Assembly (NCBI RefSeq): GCF_009914755.1
Contig: NC_060945.1
Reading direction: 5' to 3' (one strand)
Source of the DNA: the human T2T-CHM13v2.0 reference genome, Homo sapiens
Length of the DNA stretch: 64,000 bases
The notes under the pieces were generated by a model. It was not told the origin of the DNA and made no database searches. It saw only the letters and a program-made list of their open reading frames with translations. The number at the start of each line of letters is the position of its first letter. Position 1 is the first letter of the stretch. The position numbers and the translations under genes were made by a program. Below are positions 1 through 12,439 of the stretch, piece by piece.

Positions 1-2280
1 CCTCTTAAATTTCACGTTACAAACTACAGAGAACTGTGACTGTGAAATTCAACTTTTCAGAAGTGACTATAATATCCTGAAATAAAGTATATCTCTGTCT
101 TCAAATGCTTTTACTAGATTCCTTGCACACAGATTTATGTGGTGTACTATAATCATCACAAAAGAATGACACAGTACTCTCTTTCAGTATGTTTACTGTT
201 TTTCCAGGAAGATAAATCAGGAATATACAAAAAAATCAAACCCAGTTTAAGAGAGCAAATTAATAGACATCCAAAGGCAGTAATTGAGGGGTTATAAAAT
301 AGGTGAGTGCATAAGTTTAGAGAAGAAAGCTATCTGAGGTCTGGATTCAATTGAAAAGGTTTCATAAGTAATAGGGAGCTAGAGAAGGAGGTTGGAGAAT
401 AAAGAATGGAATGGACCACATTCCAGGAAGTTGAAAGAGGAGATAAACCACAGTGAACTAAGGGTTGAGGTAGGCAAGTGACTGGTGATCAAGAGGAAGA
501 GGTGGAAAATTGAGTAATTCGAGAGCAAACCATGAATTAAATGTAGAATAAGAGCTTGACTTTTATTCTACACTAAGTAAAAATCCACTGATTTTTGAAA
601 CATGGGTTATGAGTGAGCTTATCTTTTCTAGCTTATTTTTTCTACTGTCTCTCTTCTTCCTTCTATTTTGTTCCAGGATAGTCTTTCCAAAACTCTACTC
701 TGCACATCAAAAATTCCTTCCAATTTTTTTTTTTATTTCTTCAGCTCGTCCCTCAAACTCATTATTTTCTCCCATTTTTTCCCTCTAAACTGTTTTTCTG
801 AAAATTATCCTAGAGCTTCTTCTGTCATTTTGATGTGCATATTTACAAACAAGTGGGCCTTACACAAAAGTACAATCACCTGCCAGACACTTTTTTGCAC
901 TTAAACCTACAGCCTATTTAGATGTCAATTATAGTTGAATATTCCTTTGATTAATAGCTAAGGTTTCTATATTTTATACAGATTTAATCCTACTGTAATG
1001 ACATGCAAAGCAGATTTAAGTTTATATTTAGCAGGGATCTGTTGAAAATGTGAATGAAATTCTGTCTGAGCTGGAACCACGTTGTGCAGAGCCCGTGGTT
1101 CTTTGCTGGTGAGGCCCTTAACCCCTCTGGCTACAGAGTTATTTTTCTTTGGCACCCAAAGGTGGAGCAGGGACAGATGATGAAGGGGGCAGCAGTTCAA
1201 ACATGCTGTTCTATCATGTAAATATTCTCTAAGCACTAGCGCTGGACTATTACTCTCAGCAGTTTATTAGTTCATAGGAAAAATACAAGTAAATGTGGAA
1301 ATAAACATTGCAGGCAAAGTTGCTTTTAATAGTGTATCTAGTCTTAATATTCCCAATTTAGTCATTTCTGGAAATCAACACAAGTGAAGATTACAAGCTC
1401 CGTTGCTATATCTTTACAATGATTATTTCTAACACAGTGAAAACAGATTGACGGCATCATCTACAGAGTAAGCTGTGGTTAGTTGTACGTTTCCATTTCC
1501 CTTTCTGTGTCTTTTCCACTATAAATCACCTGACTGCAAATAGCCAAGTATCATAGACACGCTTTGTTTTCCAAGCCTTGTACATGTTGAGTAGAACACT
1601 TTTAAAATGTCCCACATTGTAGAGTATAGCATAGCATAAGCTTCAGGAGAAATACGACAGCATCAGTTGGTTGCAGTAGGAAAACCATCCCAGAGCCACG
1701 ATTAATAGAGAAAAGACACAGACAAAATTAAAAATTTTGTGGACTTGCTAGACAAACTTTTTCTGAAATGTCTTCTCACCTTTCAAACAACACAAAGAAA
1801 AGTATGAGTGGCCTCTGATTCTGGATAAAGAAGAAGAATATTGTAGCTAATTTACACCAAAGTCATCCACATCTCTCCAACACCCAATCCTTCCTAAAAG
1901 GTAACTAAACCTATCCAGTAACAGTAAACTTGCTCCTAGGTGGACTCATCTTCCATTTCACTCCCACAAATGTCAGGAAGGATTCTAAGGTTCTGAGGAA
2001 GAAAACTTATAACAAAAGGTAAGGGGTATTAGAGTTGCTGAGCCTAGAGAAAGGCAGAAAAAGCACAGGTATAAGAATAGCCTTAGGATGTGAAGGAGCA
2101 AGGCACTTATTCCCATGAGGATGAAAATTGTGTCTAAATTAATCTTGCCTCTGGCATGAATTTTAAAGACTCTGGTACTTTTACAAATGCGGCTGCTGCT
2201 ATTATAACTTAGCTGATGCATGTATAGAATAAAGGGTTTAGGTTAGACAGTTTAAATAATTTGCAGATTTTAGACTTTAC

Positions 2281-2442
2281 AACGGGAGGCCAATTTGTTT
2301 CTGCGAAGGGACAGATAGGACATAGTTGATGCTTTGAGGGCCATAGTCTGTCACAAGTACAGAAATCTGACACTGGAGCTGGAAGACAGCAATAGATCAT
2401 GGGCGTAGCAGGTTTCTGCAGACCACACATTGCCAACTCCTG
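2281..2442 (+). mobile_element. MER58A-like hAT-Charlie MITE, internally deleted
   Basis: 'tttctgcgaagggacagatag...gctttgagggccatag...cagcaataga' and 3' end 'ttgccaactcctg' resemble the MER58A consensus. Confidence 0.6.
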
Positions 2443-2835
2443 CTCTAAATTATTAACATTAGTTGCTAGAACTGAACCAAAACATCGTTTTGGAGAAGTG
2501 GCTGATGTGGAGGTTTATTGACAAAGGGGAAGGCTAAACTCCGACTCCCATAGCTCCTGTTAGTAAACATCTTTCTAAGAAAAAAGTTCACTTGCAATGC
2601 AAAGGGAGCATCAGTACATATTCCATAGGCCTCCTTCCAACTAAACTGCTGCCCGCATGCTCCACCCCATAGCAGTGTTGCAACTTGCATGGCACACAAA
2701 GATACGGAAGGTGTTTACTTAACAAAGGGAATAATTTAAGTGTCCTTTCTGAATGTTGGGGATATTGCTTCTCACAGCCAAATCAAAATATTTTCACAGT
2801 TTCAATAAAACTGAATTTTAGTAGTGACATTACAT

Positions 2836-3080
2836 CAGTGGTTCTCAAGTAGGGTTTGATTTTGCCCAGCAAGGGACGTTTGAAAACACCTGGAGATATA
2901 ACTCCAAAATTGTCATAGCTGGGAAGGGGTTGTTACTGGCATCCACTGGGAAGAAAGCAGGAGCTAAGATGTTTAGCGGGAATGGGTGCTGCTAAGCATC
3001 CTACAATGCACAAGGCATCCCCCCACAACAAGGACTTATCCAATCCAAAATGTCAATAGTGTTGAGGTTGAGAAGCCCTC
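2836..3080 (+). mobile_element. MER20 (hAT-Charlie MITE) with a ~24-bp insertion
   Basis: Starts 'cagtggttctcaa', contains 'actggcatc...gctaagcatcctacaatgcaca', ends 'aaatgtcaatagtgttgaggttgagaagccct'. Confidence 0.9.
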
Positions 3081-3984
3081 CAGTAGTACTTTAATAAATT
3101 CTTCCTTTTGCGAAAATAATTACAACATAAAACATAAATTCATTTTTGGGAGGAATCTTGAGAGCCATCACTGCACAACAGTTTTCAGAGCAAAAGCTTT
3201 CCAAATAGTTTGCAGAAGGAACTCTCATGAAAATATTTTGCATTTTGCAAATTAATACAGGAAGTAAAAGGAAGCCTAATATTTAAAGATCTGAATGCAG
3301 TATCTTTGAGAGTATGGCTTAAAATTCTTGCTTTGAAGAAAGGTGCTGGAATTCAGAGTGTTTTGTAGTTTAATTTCTCTAACCCTAGTGTTGGATATAA
3401 AATATAGATATATTTAGTTTTTCTATTATGAGCATGGTATAGGCTGGAATTATATCACGCCTGAGCAATAACTTACCAGGTTAATGCTGAGAACTGGAAC
3501 TATGGAAGAGAGAAGGCTTAAAGTACATGATAAAATAGAAGCAATGCTTTTGTAGAGTTGGAAAGAGATTAGTGGAGACTTGGAACTGCCTAAGAACCGT
3601 ATGTTTTTCTGTAGGGAAAGCGGTAGCTAAGATGTAGTTGAGGCTGGGCTGACAGAATCAGGTCAAAGTGTTCTGCTCCATTTTGATGTGTCTTAATATG
3701 GAGTTACTCAGATGAAGTTAAATCTGTGTAAGTCCTGAGTTTGGATAAAGGAAAAACACTTCAGTGAACATATGGAGTTCCCTTCAGTAATTTAGTTTAG
3801 TCACATATATTGATCAAGGTTACCCCAAATAATCAGAAGCTATTAAAACTTATCGAAGCCTCCAAATTATTTAATGACAACAGAGTTAGGAGGCAGGAAC
3901 CAACCAATAAATTCTACATTTAAAAAAATCAAACTGGTTATTTGTGGAAATAAATATGAAATTCCTGCTACTGGTTTATTTATT

Positions 3985-4470
3985 TATTTTAATGTAAAAA
4001 TTAACTTTTTACTTTAAACTTAGATATACAGAAAAGTTTTCAAGATAGTACAGAATTCCTAGTACGTTAGTATGGCACACCTGTCACAAGTTATGAATCA
4101 ATATTAATACAGTATTATTAACTAAGGTCTATACTTTATTTAAATTTTCTGTTTCCCTAACATTGCTTTTTCTGTTCCAGAATCTCATGCAAGATACCAT
4201 ATTACATTTGTTCAGTATGTCTTCTTAGGTTTCTCTTAGCTGTGACAGGTTCTTAGACTTTCTTCGTTTTTACTGGTGAGATATTTTACAGTATGTCCCT
4301 CCATTGGGATTTGACTGGTGTTTTCTCATAAACTAGGCTGGGGTTGTATATTTTGAGAAGAAGACTACAGAGATAAAATGCCAGTTCTAGAAAATCATCT
4401 CCAGGTTACACACTATCAACTTGACAGATCACTCGATAGAAACCTCGCATCATCTAGCGAAGGTAGTGCA
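3985..4470 (-). mobile_element. Old L1 (L1MC/L1MD-type) 3' UTR fragment
   Basis: 'cagaaaagttttcaagatagtacaga', 'tttttctgttccagaatctcatgcaagataccatattacattt' match L1MC 3' end in reverse. Confidence 0.7.
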
Positions 4471-5119
4471 CATAATTCAGTTTTAAACTGAACTTTATTT
4501 ATATATTGAAATTATATATAATAAATACCACATATTATGTAAGATCGTTTGGGAAAATGTTAAGACAGATATCTTGCTTTAATTTTTAAAAAATCATTCT
4601 GTTTTCTTGAAAAGTGTTCACTAAAATATTTAACTGAAACCACAACTGTTTACTGCTGTTAACACCTAATCCTAGACTAACTTACAGCTAGTCTTATTTA
4701 TAACACTCTTTAATTTACTTCTGTGAAATAATATTGAAGGTCATATTTTTTCCTAAAGTGGAAAAAACACTACTACTCCTCCTAATAATATTTTTAGTAA
4801 AAGCATCTTATAATTTTTATAGCATTTTCATGTATATTATGTTTCCGGAGTCTCATAACAATCCCATTAGATAATCAGTGGATATTATTTCTTTAGTCAT
4901 AGTAACTGTGTTTTTGTACTTTGCTATCAAATATGACAACTATTTACATATTGTATGTGTCTTTATTGCATGAGTGCAAAGATATATTAATAGATAAGGA
5001 AATTTACCACTCTTCCTTCCCTGAAAAATTTACATTTGTACTTATTATGTGTCTATATATATTTGTAAGAGGAATCTATCCATTCAATAATTTCCATTAT
5101 AAAGAAAATATTGGGTTTT

Positions 5120-5419
5120 GCCGGGCGCGGTGGCTCACGCCTGTAATCCCAGCACTTCGGGAGGCCGAGGCGGGCAGATCACGAGGTCAAGAGATCGAGA
5201 CCATTCTGGCCAACATGGTGAAACCCTGTCTCTACTAAAAATACAAAAATTAGATGGGAGTGGTGGCACATACCTGTAGTCCCAGCTACTTGGGAAGCTG
5301 AGGCAGGAGAATCCCTTGAACCCCGAGGCGGAGGTTGCAGTGAGCCAACATCGCGCCACTGCACTCCAGCCTAGTGACAGAGTGAGACTCCGTCTCAAAA
5401 AAAAAAAAAAAAAAAAAAG
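5120..5419 (+). mobile_element. AluSc, full length
   Basis: Dimeric Alu; 'gaggtcaagagatcgagacca' and shortened 'cctagtgacag' are Sc-type; A22 tail; 19-bp TSD aaagaaaata(t/a)tgggtttt at 5101-5119 and 5420-5438. Confidence 0.95.
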
Positions 5420-5899
5420 AAAGAAAATAATGGGTTTTCCTATTTGCTAGCAGTTAGTAAGATTTTGCATTTTACTAAAATTAGTTTTCAAGCCTAGTGT
5501 GCCAATAAAAATAAACATTTTAATAGGCAAATGCCAAAATTATCCTGACACCTATAAACGAAGTTATCAGCTGAAATAGATGAAATTATTTTAGAGATTA
5601 TTCTGAACATCTGATTGTTAGATTTCTAAAATATATTTAAATATTATACTGTAGTTAAGTTACTGTATAGGAATAGAAGAAATAAGCTATTATTTTTCTT
5701 TTCTTGGCATCTGCTCCCTCTAATTTGGACATTTCATCTGTTGTAATTACTTTTCAAAAGCTAATAAAACTAATATTTGCTTAAAAAAGGTTTATTAAAA
5801 CAATTTGTATATGGAAAAAGACCAGACTTTTCTTAGGACAATTTATATTAATAAGCCATAATTGTTTAATGTTTGTGTTAATAAAAATAATCTTCAGGC

Positions 5900-7580
5900 A
5901 ATATTATGGGCTAGATGGGTAAAGAAACTCTCCCAGTACAGAGCGTCTAAATATGCTGATAAAAATATTTTTAAAAAGCTTTTCATAAAGCTACTTGACT
6001 GATGTAAATTAATCTTAGTCCAGAAACAAAGATAAAATATGATATCATAGGGCCAAGAAATTATTAAAGCCTATTCTAACCCAAAGGGCATCTACTGATC
6101 TCTGGTGGCTTAGAGCCTAGGTTTTAAAGGGACACTGAATACAAAGGACAAGAGACAGCTTGTGGGCCTTGTGTGGGAGGTCAAGTTTGCCTGCCAATAT
6201 GGGACACAGAAAGATTAGCCAGGCAATAGGGGTACACACACACATACAGACATACACACATGGAAGCTTATATAGTTTATCTGACTTGGGCGAGGCTTGG
6301 CATAGAGTAGAAAAAAATAAAGACTCGCTTGAAAATTCATGATCATAAACTTACATTCAAGCACATATGGGTAAGTTAAAAAAATCCTTTTTGAAAATTT
6401 AGTTTAACATAGTCTTGGATTGTGCCTATAGTTACCTGACTGAAGCAAAAGTAAATATTTCATGGAGAAATTCACTCTAAACACAGTTCCTAAATAATTC
6501 TTATGTCACATGACTCCATTATACAAAGAAATTACAAAACACATAAGAAACAAGCCACTGATTATGAGTAATCATTAAAAAGTCTGGACACAACAGATGC
6601 AGGCGAGGATGTGGAGAAATAGGAACTCTTTTACACTGTTGGTGGGAGTGTAAATTAGTTCAATCATTGTAAAAGACAGTGTGGCAATTCCTCAAGGATC
6701 TAGAGCCAGAAATATCATTTGACCCAGCAATCCCATTACTGGGTATATACCCAAAGGATTATAAATCATTTTACAATAAAAACACATGCACACGTATGTT
6801 TATTGCAACACTATTCACAATACCAAAGACTTGGAACCAACCCAAATGCTCATCAATGATAATCTGGATAAATAAAACGTGACACATAGACACCATGGAA
6901 TACTATGCAGCCATAAAAAAGGATGAGTTTATGTCCTTTGCAGGGACATGGATGATGCTGGAAGCCATCATCCTCAGCAAACTATCACAAGGGCAGAAAA
7001 CCAAACACCACATGTTCTCACTCATAAGTGGGAGTTGAACAATGAGAACACATGGACACAGGGAGGGCAACATCACATGCCAGGGCCTGTCGGGGATAGA
7101 GGGAAAGGGGAGGGAGAGTATTAGGACAAATACCTAGTGCATGAGGGGCTTAAAACCTAGATGACAGGTTGATAGGTGCAGCAAACCACCATGACACATG
7201 TATACCTATGTAACAAACCTGCATGTTCAACACATGTATCCCAGAACTTAAAGTAAAATAATAATAATAAAAAAAAAACAAACCAACAAACCATTATGAA
7301 CAAGAGTTACCAGAAACAGTAAATTGCATGCTCAGACCCATGAATATTATAGTCATTGGTACTGGTAGATGCAGAATATAAAATCTATGTGTCTTACATA
7401 TTTAAAGGAATGAATAAGAATTTAAAGGATAAACAAGAAATACAAGGCCATCCCATCTGATAAAGCAGTTTTAAAAGTGTTACCAACATAACTGGAAGGA
7501 ATTAAAATATGTTTATGGAGGTAAAAATTTAATAAGCAAGTTTTGTATCAGGTCAGAGACACTTGAAAACCGATTTAGTA
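5900..7580 (+). mobile_element. Old L1ME-type 5'/ORF1 region, interrupted by the L1PA at 6565-7278
   Basis: 'aaattacaaaacacataagaaacaagcca' continues after the insertion as 'cagaaacagtaaattgcatgctcagaccca...gatgcagaatataaaat'. Confidence 0.5.
6565..7278 (+). mobile_element. 5'-truncated L1PA (about L1PA7/8): ORF2 C-terminus, 3' UTR and A-rich tail
   Basis: ORF 6679-6882 translates to L1 ORF2 C-terminal 'FDPAIPLLGIYPKDYKSF...WNQPKC'; canonical 3' UTR with G-rich tract 7083-7114. Confidence 0.95.
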
Positions 7581-8239
7581 TCATGAGGACTTCCATTTTT
7601 ATAATATAGTGGAATGGGTGCCAGGCCAGTCATGTCACCTAAAACATCTTGCAATAACACATGAATTTAGACTGTCAAATCAGACTCAAATGAATCAGAG
7701 ATCTAACCCAGAATCAAGAATTACTAATTATTTTATGAATACAACTAAATTTAGGGCACAGGCAAAGTGAGAAGAGACCTGGGATCATTATTAGAGCTCC
7801 CGGTTCTTGCTTTCTATATCAGACGCACTCTGAACCCAGACTCATATGTGAGGTCTCTAAATGTGTGCAGAAGAAAATATTTCAGATTATGAAACATTTC
7901 CATTTTATATTCGTACAGTTACATGGCCTTTGTGACATCTTCCATTTCCCGTGCCACATAAATCCATAGATTCCAAATTTGTTTATGATAAACCAGTCTA
8001 TGCAACCAAGAATATACTATTACAAGCTTTCCATAAATAACGGCTCTCCTGCTAACAAATACAATTTGCTAGTTTTCAGGAAACTAGCTAGTTTTCAGGA
8101 AATTCAAACTTTGGAATTTGTAACCACAAACTAGTTCTCATATGGGTTTATTGCCCAAATTTATAGTCCATGAATGGCCCGAAACAACCCAAGCTGTGGA
8201 CTTAGTTGAAATCCTAGACTAGTACAGGAATATTACTAA

Positions 8240-9140
8240 AACAAAGACAAAAATGGTATGATAGACCCTACATTTATCCAGGACTCCTCTATCTCTCCCA
8301 AAGAATTCACAATTAGCATTCCAACAAAAATAGTCAGAAAACTATTAGAAATCAACAAATCCACAGGTAAACACATCAACCATGTGCTAGAAAAATTATG
8401 GTTGGAAGAACAGAAAACAGGATTCCAGCCACAAAATTGATAAAATTGAATTACCGAATACATAGTATAAACTATATGATTTAATATATTTGAGATATTA
8501 ATAAGAGGTTTACCTTGAATAAAGAACTTGTAAATTTACAAATGAGCTATTAGAACTCTTAGACTTGGAAAATATAGTTGAAGTGAAATATTTAAAGGAT
8601 TTAATAGCTGATTAAGTTTGGTTGTAAGGAATTAAAAAAACTGATAACATTTTAGAGAAGTTATTTGGAAGCAACCCAGAGAAAAGAGGTGGAAAATAGG
8701 AAAGAGAAGATAGATGACAAGGAAGCTAAAGACAGCAGGAAGTGATCCTAAGACAAAGTAAATATGTGAGTAAATCTAAACAAATACTGACTGTATGAAA
8801 CGATGATATTAGTATCGTAAAGAGACAAAAAATAGTTGAAAATAATAGCAGAGAAATCAAAAGGCCATTTCTTGGAATTGTTTGGGAGTAAAAGACCCAT
8901 TACTTTTTATCATTTGGGAAAGTTAAGCATGCATAGATACTTTCTAGGATAACAACTAAAATAATAGAAATAAAAACTCCAAACTAGTAGAAAAATACGA
9001 ATAAGAAACCATAATCATTTTCCTAAAAAGGACAAAACACAAGCAAAAAATAAAACCAGGACAAATTGTTTACAATAAGATAGTAGAAATACATTTTTAA
9101 AAATCAATATTTGCAATAAATATGAAAAGATTAACTGCCT
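8240..9140 (+). mobile_element. Degraded L1M/HAL1-like ORF1-region fragments
   Basis: A-rich sense strand with motifs such as 'aaattgaattaccgaatacatagtataaa' and 'aaatatgtgagtaaatctaaacaaatactgactgta'. Confidence 0.45.
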
Positions 9141-9150
9141 CAAATTAGTG

Positions 9151-9778
9151 CTGCCATGCGGAGAAAAAAGAATGCTTATACACTGTTGGTGGGAGTGTAA
9201 ATTAGTTCAATCATTGTGGAAGACATTGTGGCAATTCTCAAAGACCTAAAAACACAAATATCACTGGACCCAGCAATCCCATTACTGGGTATATACCCAA
9301 AGGAATATAAATTGTTTTATCATAAAGACACATGTACATGTATGTTCATTGCAGCTCCATTCACAAAAACAAAGACATGGAATCAACCAAAATGCCCATC
9401 AACAGTAGAAAGGATAAAGAAAATGTGGTACATATGCACCATGGAATACTATGTAACCATAAAAAAGAACAAGATCATGTCCTTTGCAGGAACATGGATG
9501 GAGGTGGAGGACACTATTCTTAGCAAACAAATGCAGAAACAGAAACCCAAACACAGCATGCTCTCATTTATAAGTGGGAGCTAAATGGTAAGAACACATG
9601 GACACATAGACTGGGGCCTATCGGAGGGTGGGAGCAGGGAGAGGATCAGGAAAAATAATGAATGGACACTAGGCTTAATACCTGGGTGCTGAAATAATCT
9701 GTATAACAAACCCCCATGACACAAAGTTTACCTATGTAGCAAACCTGCACATGTATCCCTGAACTTAAAATAAAAGTT

Positions 9779-9780
<2 letters not shown>
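9151..9780 (+). mobile_element. 5'-truncated L1PA (about PA10-13) 3' end
   Basis: ORF 9216-9584 gives L1 ORF2 C-terminus; 3' end 'aacaaacccccatgacacaaagtttacctatg'; TSD caaattagtg at 9141-9150 and 9822-9831. Confidence 0.93.

Positions 9781-9822
<42 letters not shown>
9781..9822. repeat. (AC)21 microsatellite
   Basis: Perfect dinucleotide run, directly visible. Confidence 0.99.
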
Positions 9823-9825
<3 letters not shown>

Positions 9826-9934
9826 TTAGTGTTGCGAGACAAAATCCTTAAGTTTTTTATGGATCTCTTATAAACAGAACACATAAACATTTATGAAAAT
9901 AATAACAAAACTTTCAGGCAGAAAAAATATGAGT

Positions 9935-10140
9935 TCATTCATTAAACAAGTATTTATTTATTCTCTGGTATGTGCCAGGCACAGTCTGGCCTTCTGGAGA
10001 CATCACTGCATAAAACAGTCAAAATACCTGACATCGCGGAACATTAATTTACAACTTGTGGAAATGGATAAATAACTAACTAAATAAATTACATTGAGTA
10101 TTAGAGGACTGAAATAAATGCTATGACAAAAGATAAAACA
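9935..10140 (-). mobile_element. L2 3' end fragment
   Basis: 'ttcattcattaaacaagtatttatt...tatgtgccaggcac' is the typical L2 tail in reverse. Confidence 0.6.
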
Positions 10141-10399
10141 AAGCCAAAAAGAAAGTTTTGATGCTTTCTTTGGAAATGGGAGACATGTATACACTGGGAT
10201 GTTTATGCTGAAAAAATAAAAGGCTAAAAATTTATGTGCTAGACACCTAAGTTTTTAAAGTAACTTAGAAAAAGAACAACAGAATAAGCCAAAATAAAAA
10301 TATAGCAATAGAAATCACTTATTTAGGGCATATTATATGACAGGCAAGGTTCTAAGAATTTCCCTTATGACCTATAAACTCAACAACATTTATTAATCT

Positions 10400-12088
10400 A
10401 TTGCAATTTTAAACTACAGCAGTAAAAAGGAAACCATTTATAATAGTAGCAGCAAAAAAGGAATGCACGTAGAAATACATCTTACAAAATGTGTTAAAAT
10501 ATTGTGCAAAAATTACAAAACTATCGTGAGATAGCAAAGATTTAAATAAATGAAGATATTTATCATTTTATGAATTAAACCATTCAATATCAATAAGATT
10601 CCAGGTTTCCCCAAACTGAATGAACTATGGATTTAGTATAATGTTAGTCAGAATCCTAACAGAATATTTTGGGTAGAAATTGTCAAGCTGACTTTACATT
10701 TGTATGAAAATACAAAGGAACAGCCAGGGCCATCTTGAAGAAGGCAAATTTAGAAGACTTAATCAAACATCAAGCCTTGTTAAAGGCTTAGAGCTTTAAT
10801 GAGCCTTGATGTTTAATTAAATAAGAGTGTAGTGTTAGTAAAAATATAAATTAAAAAAATAGAACAGAATAGAGAAATTAGAGCCACACATATATGGTCA
10901 TTTGATTATTATTACAAAGTTCCCAAAACAATACAGCATAAAATATAGTCTTTCCAAATAATGATGTAGGATAAATTAAACAATAATTTAAGTATGGGGA
11001 AAATATAAATCTTACTTGTATGTTATAATAAAATATTAGTTTCAGTCAGAGTGTAATTCTGAATGTGAAAAACAATGCAATAAATCTTCCAGGACAATTT
11101 TGTTCTGAATTTGGGATTCCTAATGGTTATAAATCAAGAATCATAAACTGGACTTAGTTAAAATGAAAAACTTCTACCTATCAGAAGCTACTGAGGGCAA
11201 AAAAAAAAAAAGTTAGCTGCTGTATAAGCAAGCATGTTTGCAATAATTTTATTTGACCAAGGACTTCTGCTTAAAATAGATGAAAAAATTCTACAAGTGA
11301 ATGAGGAAAACATAATTCAGTTTTAATAAATGACTTGAAGTCTTTAGCATTTCACAAGAAAAACATGGAAAGGACAAAGAAAGGTGCTTTAACATCTTCA
11401 CTAATAAGAGAATGTAAAACAGTAGATGCTGACGAGACCAGATATCAAGTGTTAGTGAGGATGAAAAATAACTAGAACTTTCACACAATAATACTGGGAG
11501 TCTCTATTGTAATAACCGCTTTGGAAAACACTTTGGAAAAACTTGACTAATACGAAACATATATCTACTCTATAACTCAGTAATTCAGCACCCCGAGTAT
11601 AGCCCTAACTTAGTTGAGTGATATACCTACCACCAGATATGTACAAGACTGTTAATAGAGGCTTAGCTTATAATCACCTAAAACTGAAAAATCATCCAAA
11701 AGTCCATCAATAGTGAAATGGATAAATAACTGTTGGTATATTCATGTAATAGAATACTAAGTAGCAATAAAAAACTAACTGAATTCAATAACATGGATGA
11801 ATAAAAAAGGCCGGGCGTGGTGTCTCACGCCTGTAATTCCAGCACTTTAGGAGTGCGAGGGGGGTGGATCACGAGGTCAGGAGTTCGAGACCAGACTGAC
11901 CAACATGGTGAAACCCCCGTCTCTACTAAAAATACAAGAATTAGCCAGGTGTGGTGGCTGGTGCCTGTAATCTCAGCTACTCCGAGGCTGAAGCAGGAGA
12001 CCCCGTGATCCCGGGAGGCGGAGCTTGCAGTGAGCCAAGATCGCGCCATTATACTCCAGCCTGGGCGACAGAGCGAGACCCCATCTCA

Positions 12089-12119
<31 letters not shown>

Positions 12120-12425
12120 CAAAAAAAAGATATAATGTTGAGTGAAAGTATTCATACAAAAGAGTATATACCATTTAAATTTATTTATATAAAATTGAAG
12201 TACATGCAAAATGAATTTGTGCTAATAAATGTGAGAATAGTAGTTATTGTTAGAGGAGGTATTGATAGGGAAGAGGAAAAGTGGAAGCACTTTGTAATGC
12301 TTGACATATATATCTCGATGTTAGTGTCAATTGCAAAGATATATACATATGGAAATATTTATCAAAATGTAGCATAATGACTTATGTGCTTTTATACATG
12401 TTTATCATACTCTAAGAAAATATAT
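10400..12425 (+). mobile_element. Old L1M (L1ME-like) ORF2 3' half and 3' UTR, interrupted by the Alu at 11809-12128
   Basis: 'gtagaaattgtcaagctgac', 'aatagaacagaatagaga', 'gctttggaaaaca', 'acatggatgaa...ataatgttgagtgaaag' match the L1M ORF2/3' end. Confidence 0.75.
11809..12128 (+). mobile_element. Alu, AluSg-like 5' part with AluY-like 3' part; (CAAAA)n tail
   Basis: Left arm 'gatcacgaggtcaggagttcgagacca'; right arm 'cgtgatcccgggaggcggagcttgc'. Confidence 0.95.
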
Positions 12426-12439
12426 TTAACAGGGTGACA

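Noticed and set aside
7083-7114. G-quadruplex motif (five G-runs)
   Set aside because: This is the standard G-rich tract of L1PA 3' UTRs, already well known and not locus-specific.
12087-12128. Regularly spaced short repeats as a CRISPR-like array
   Set aside because: These are simple (CAAAA)n Alu tails with no unique spacers, in eukaryotic DNA.
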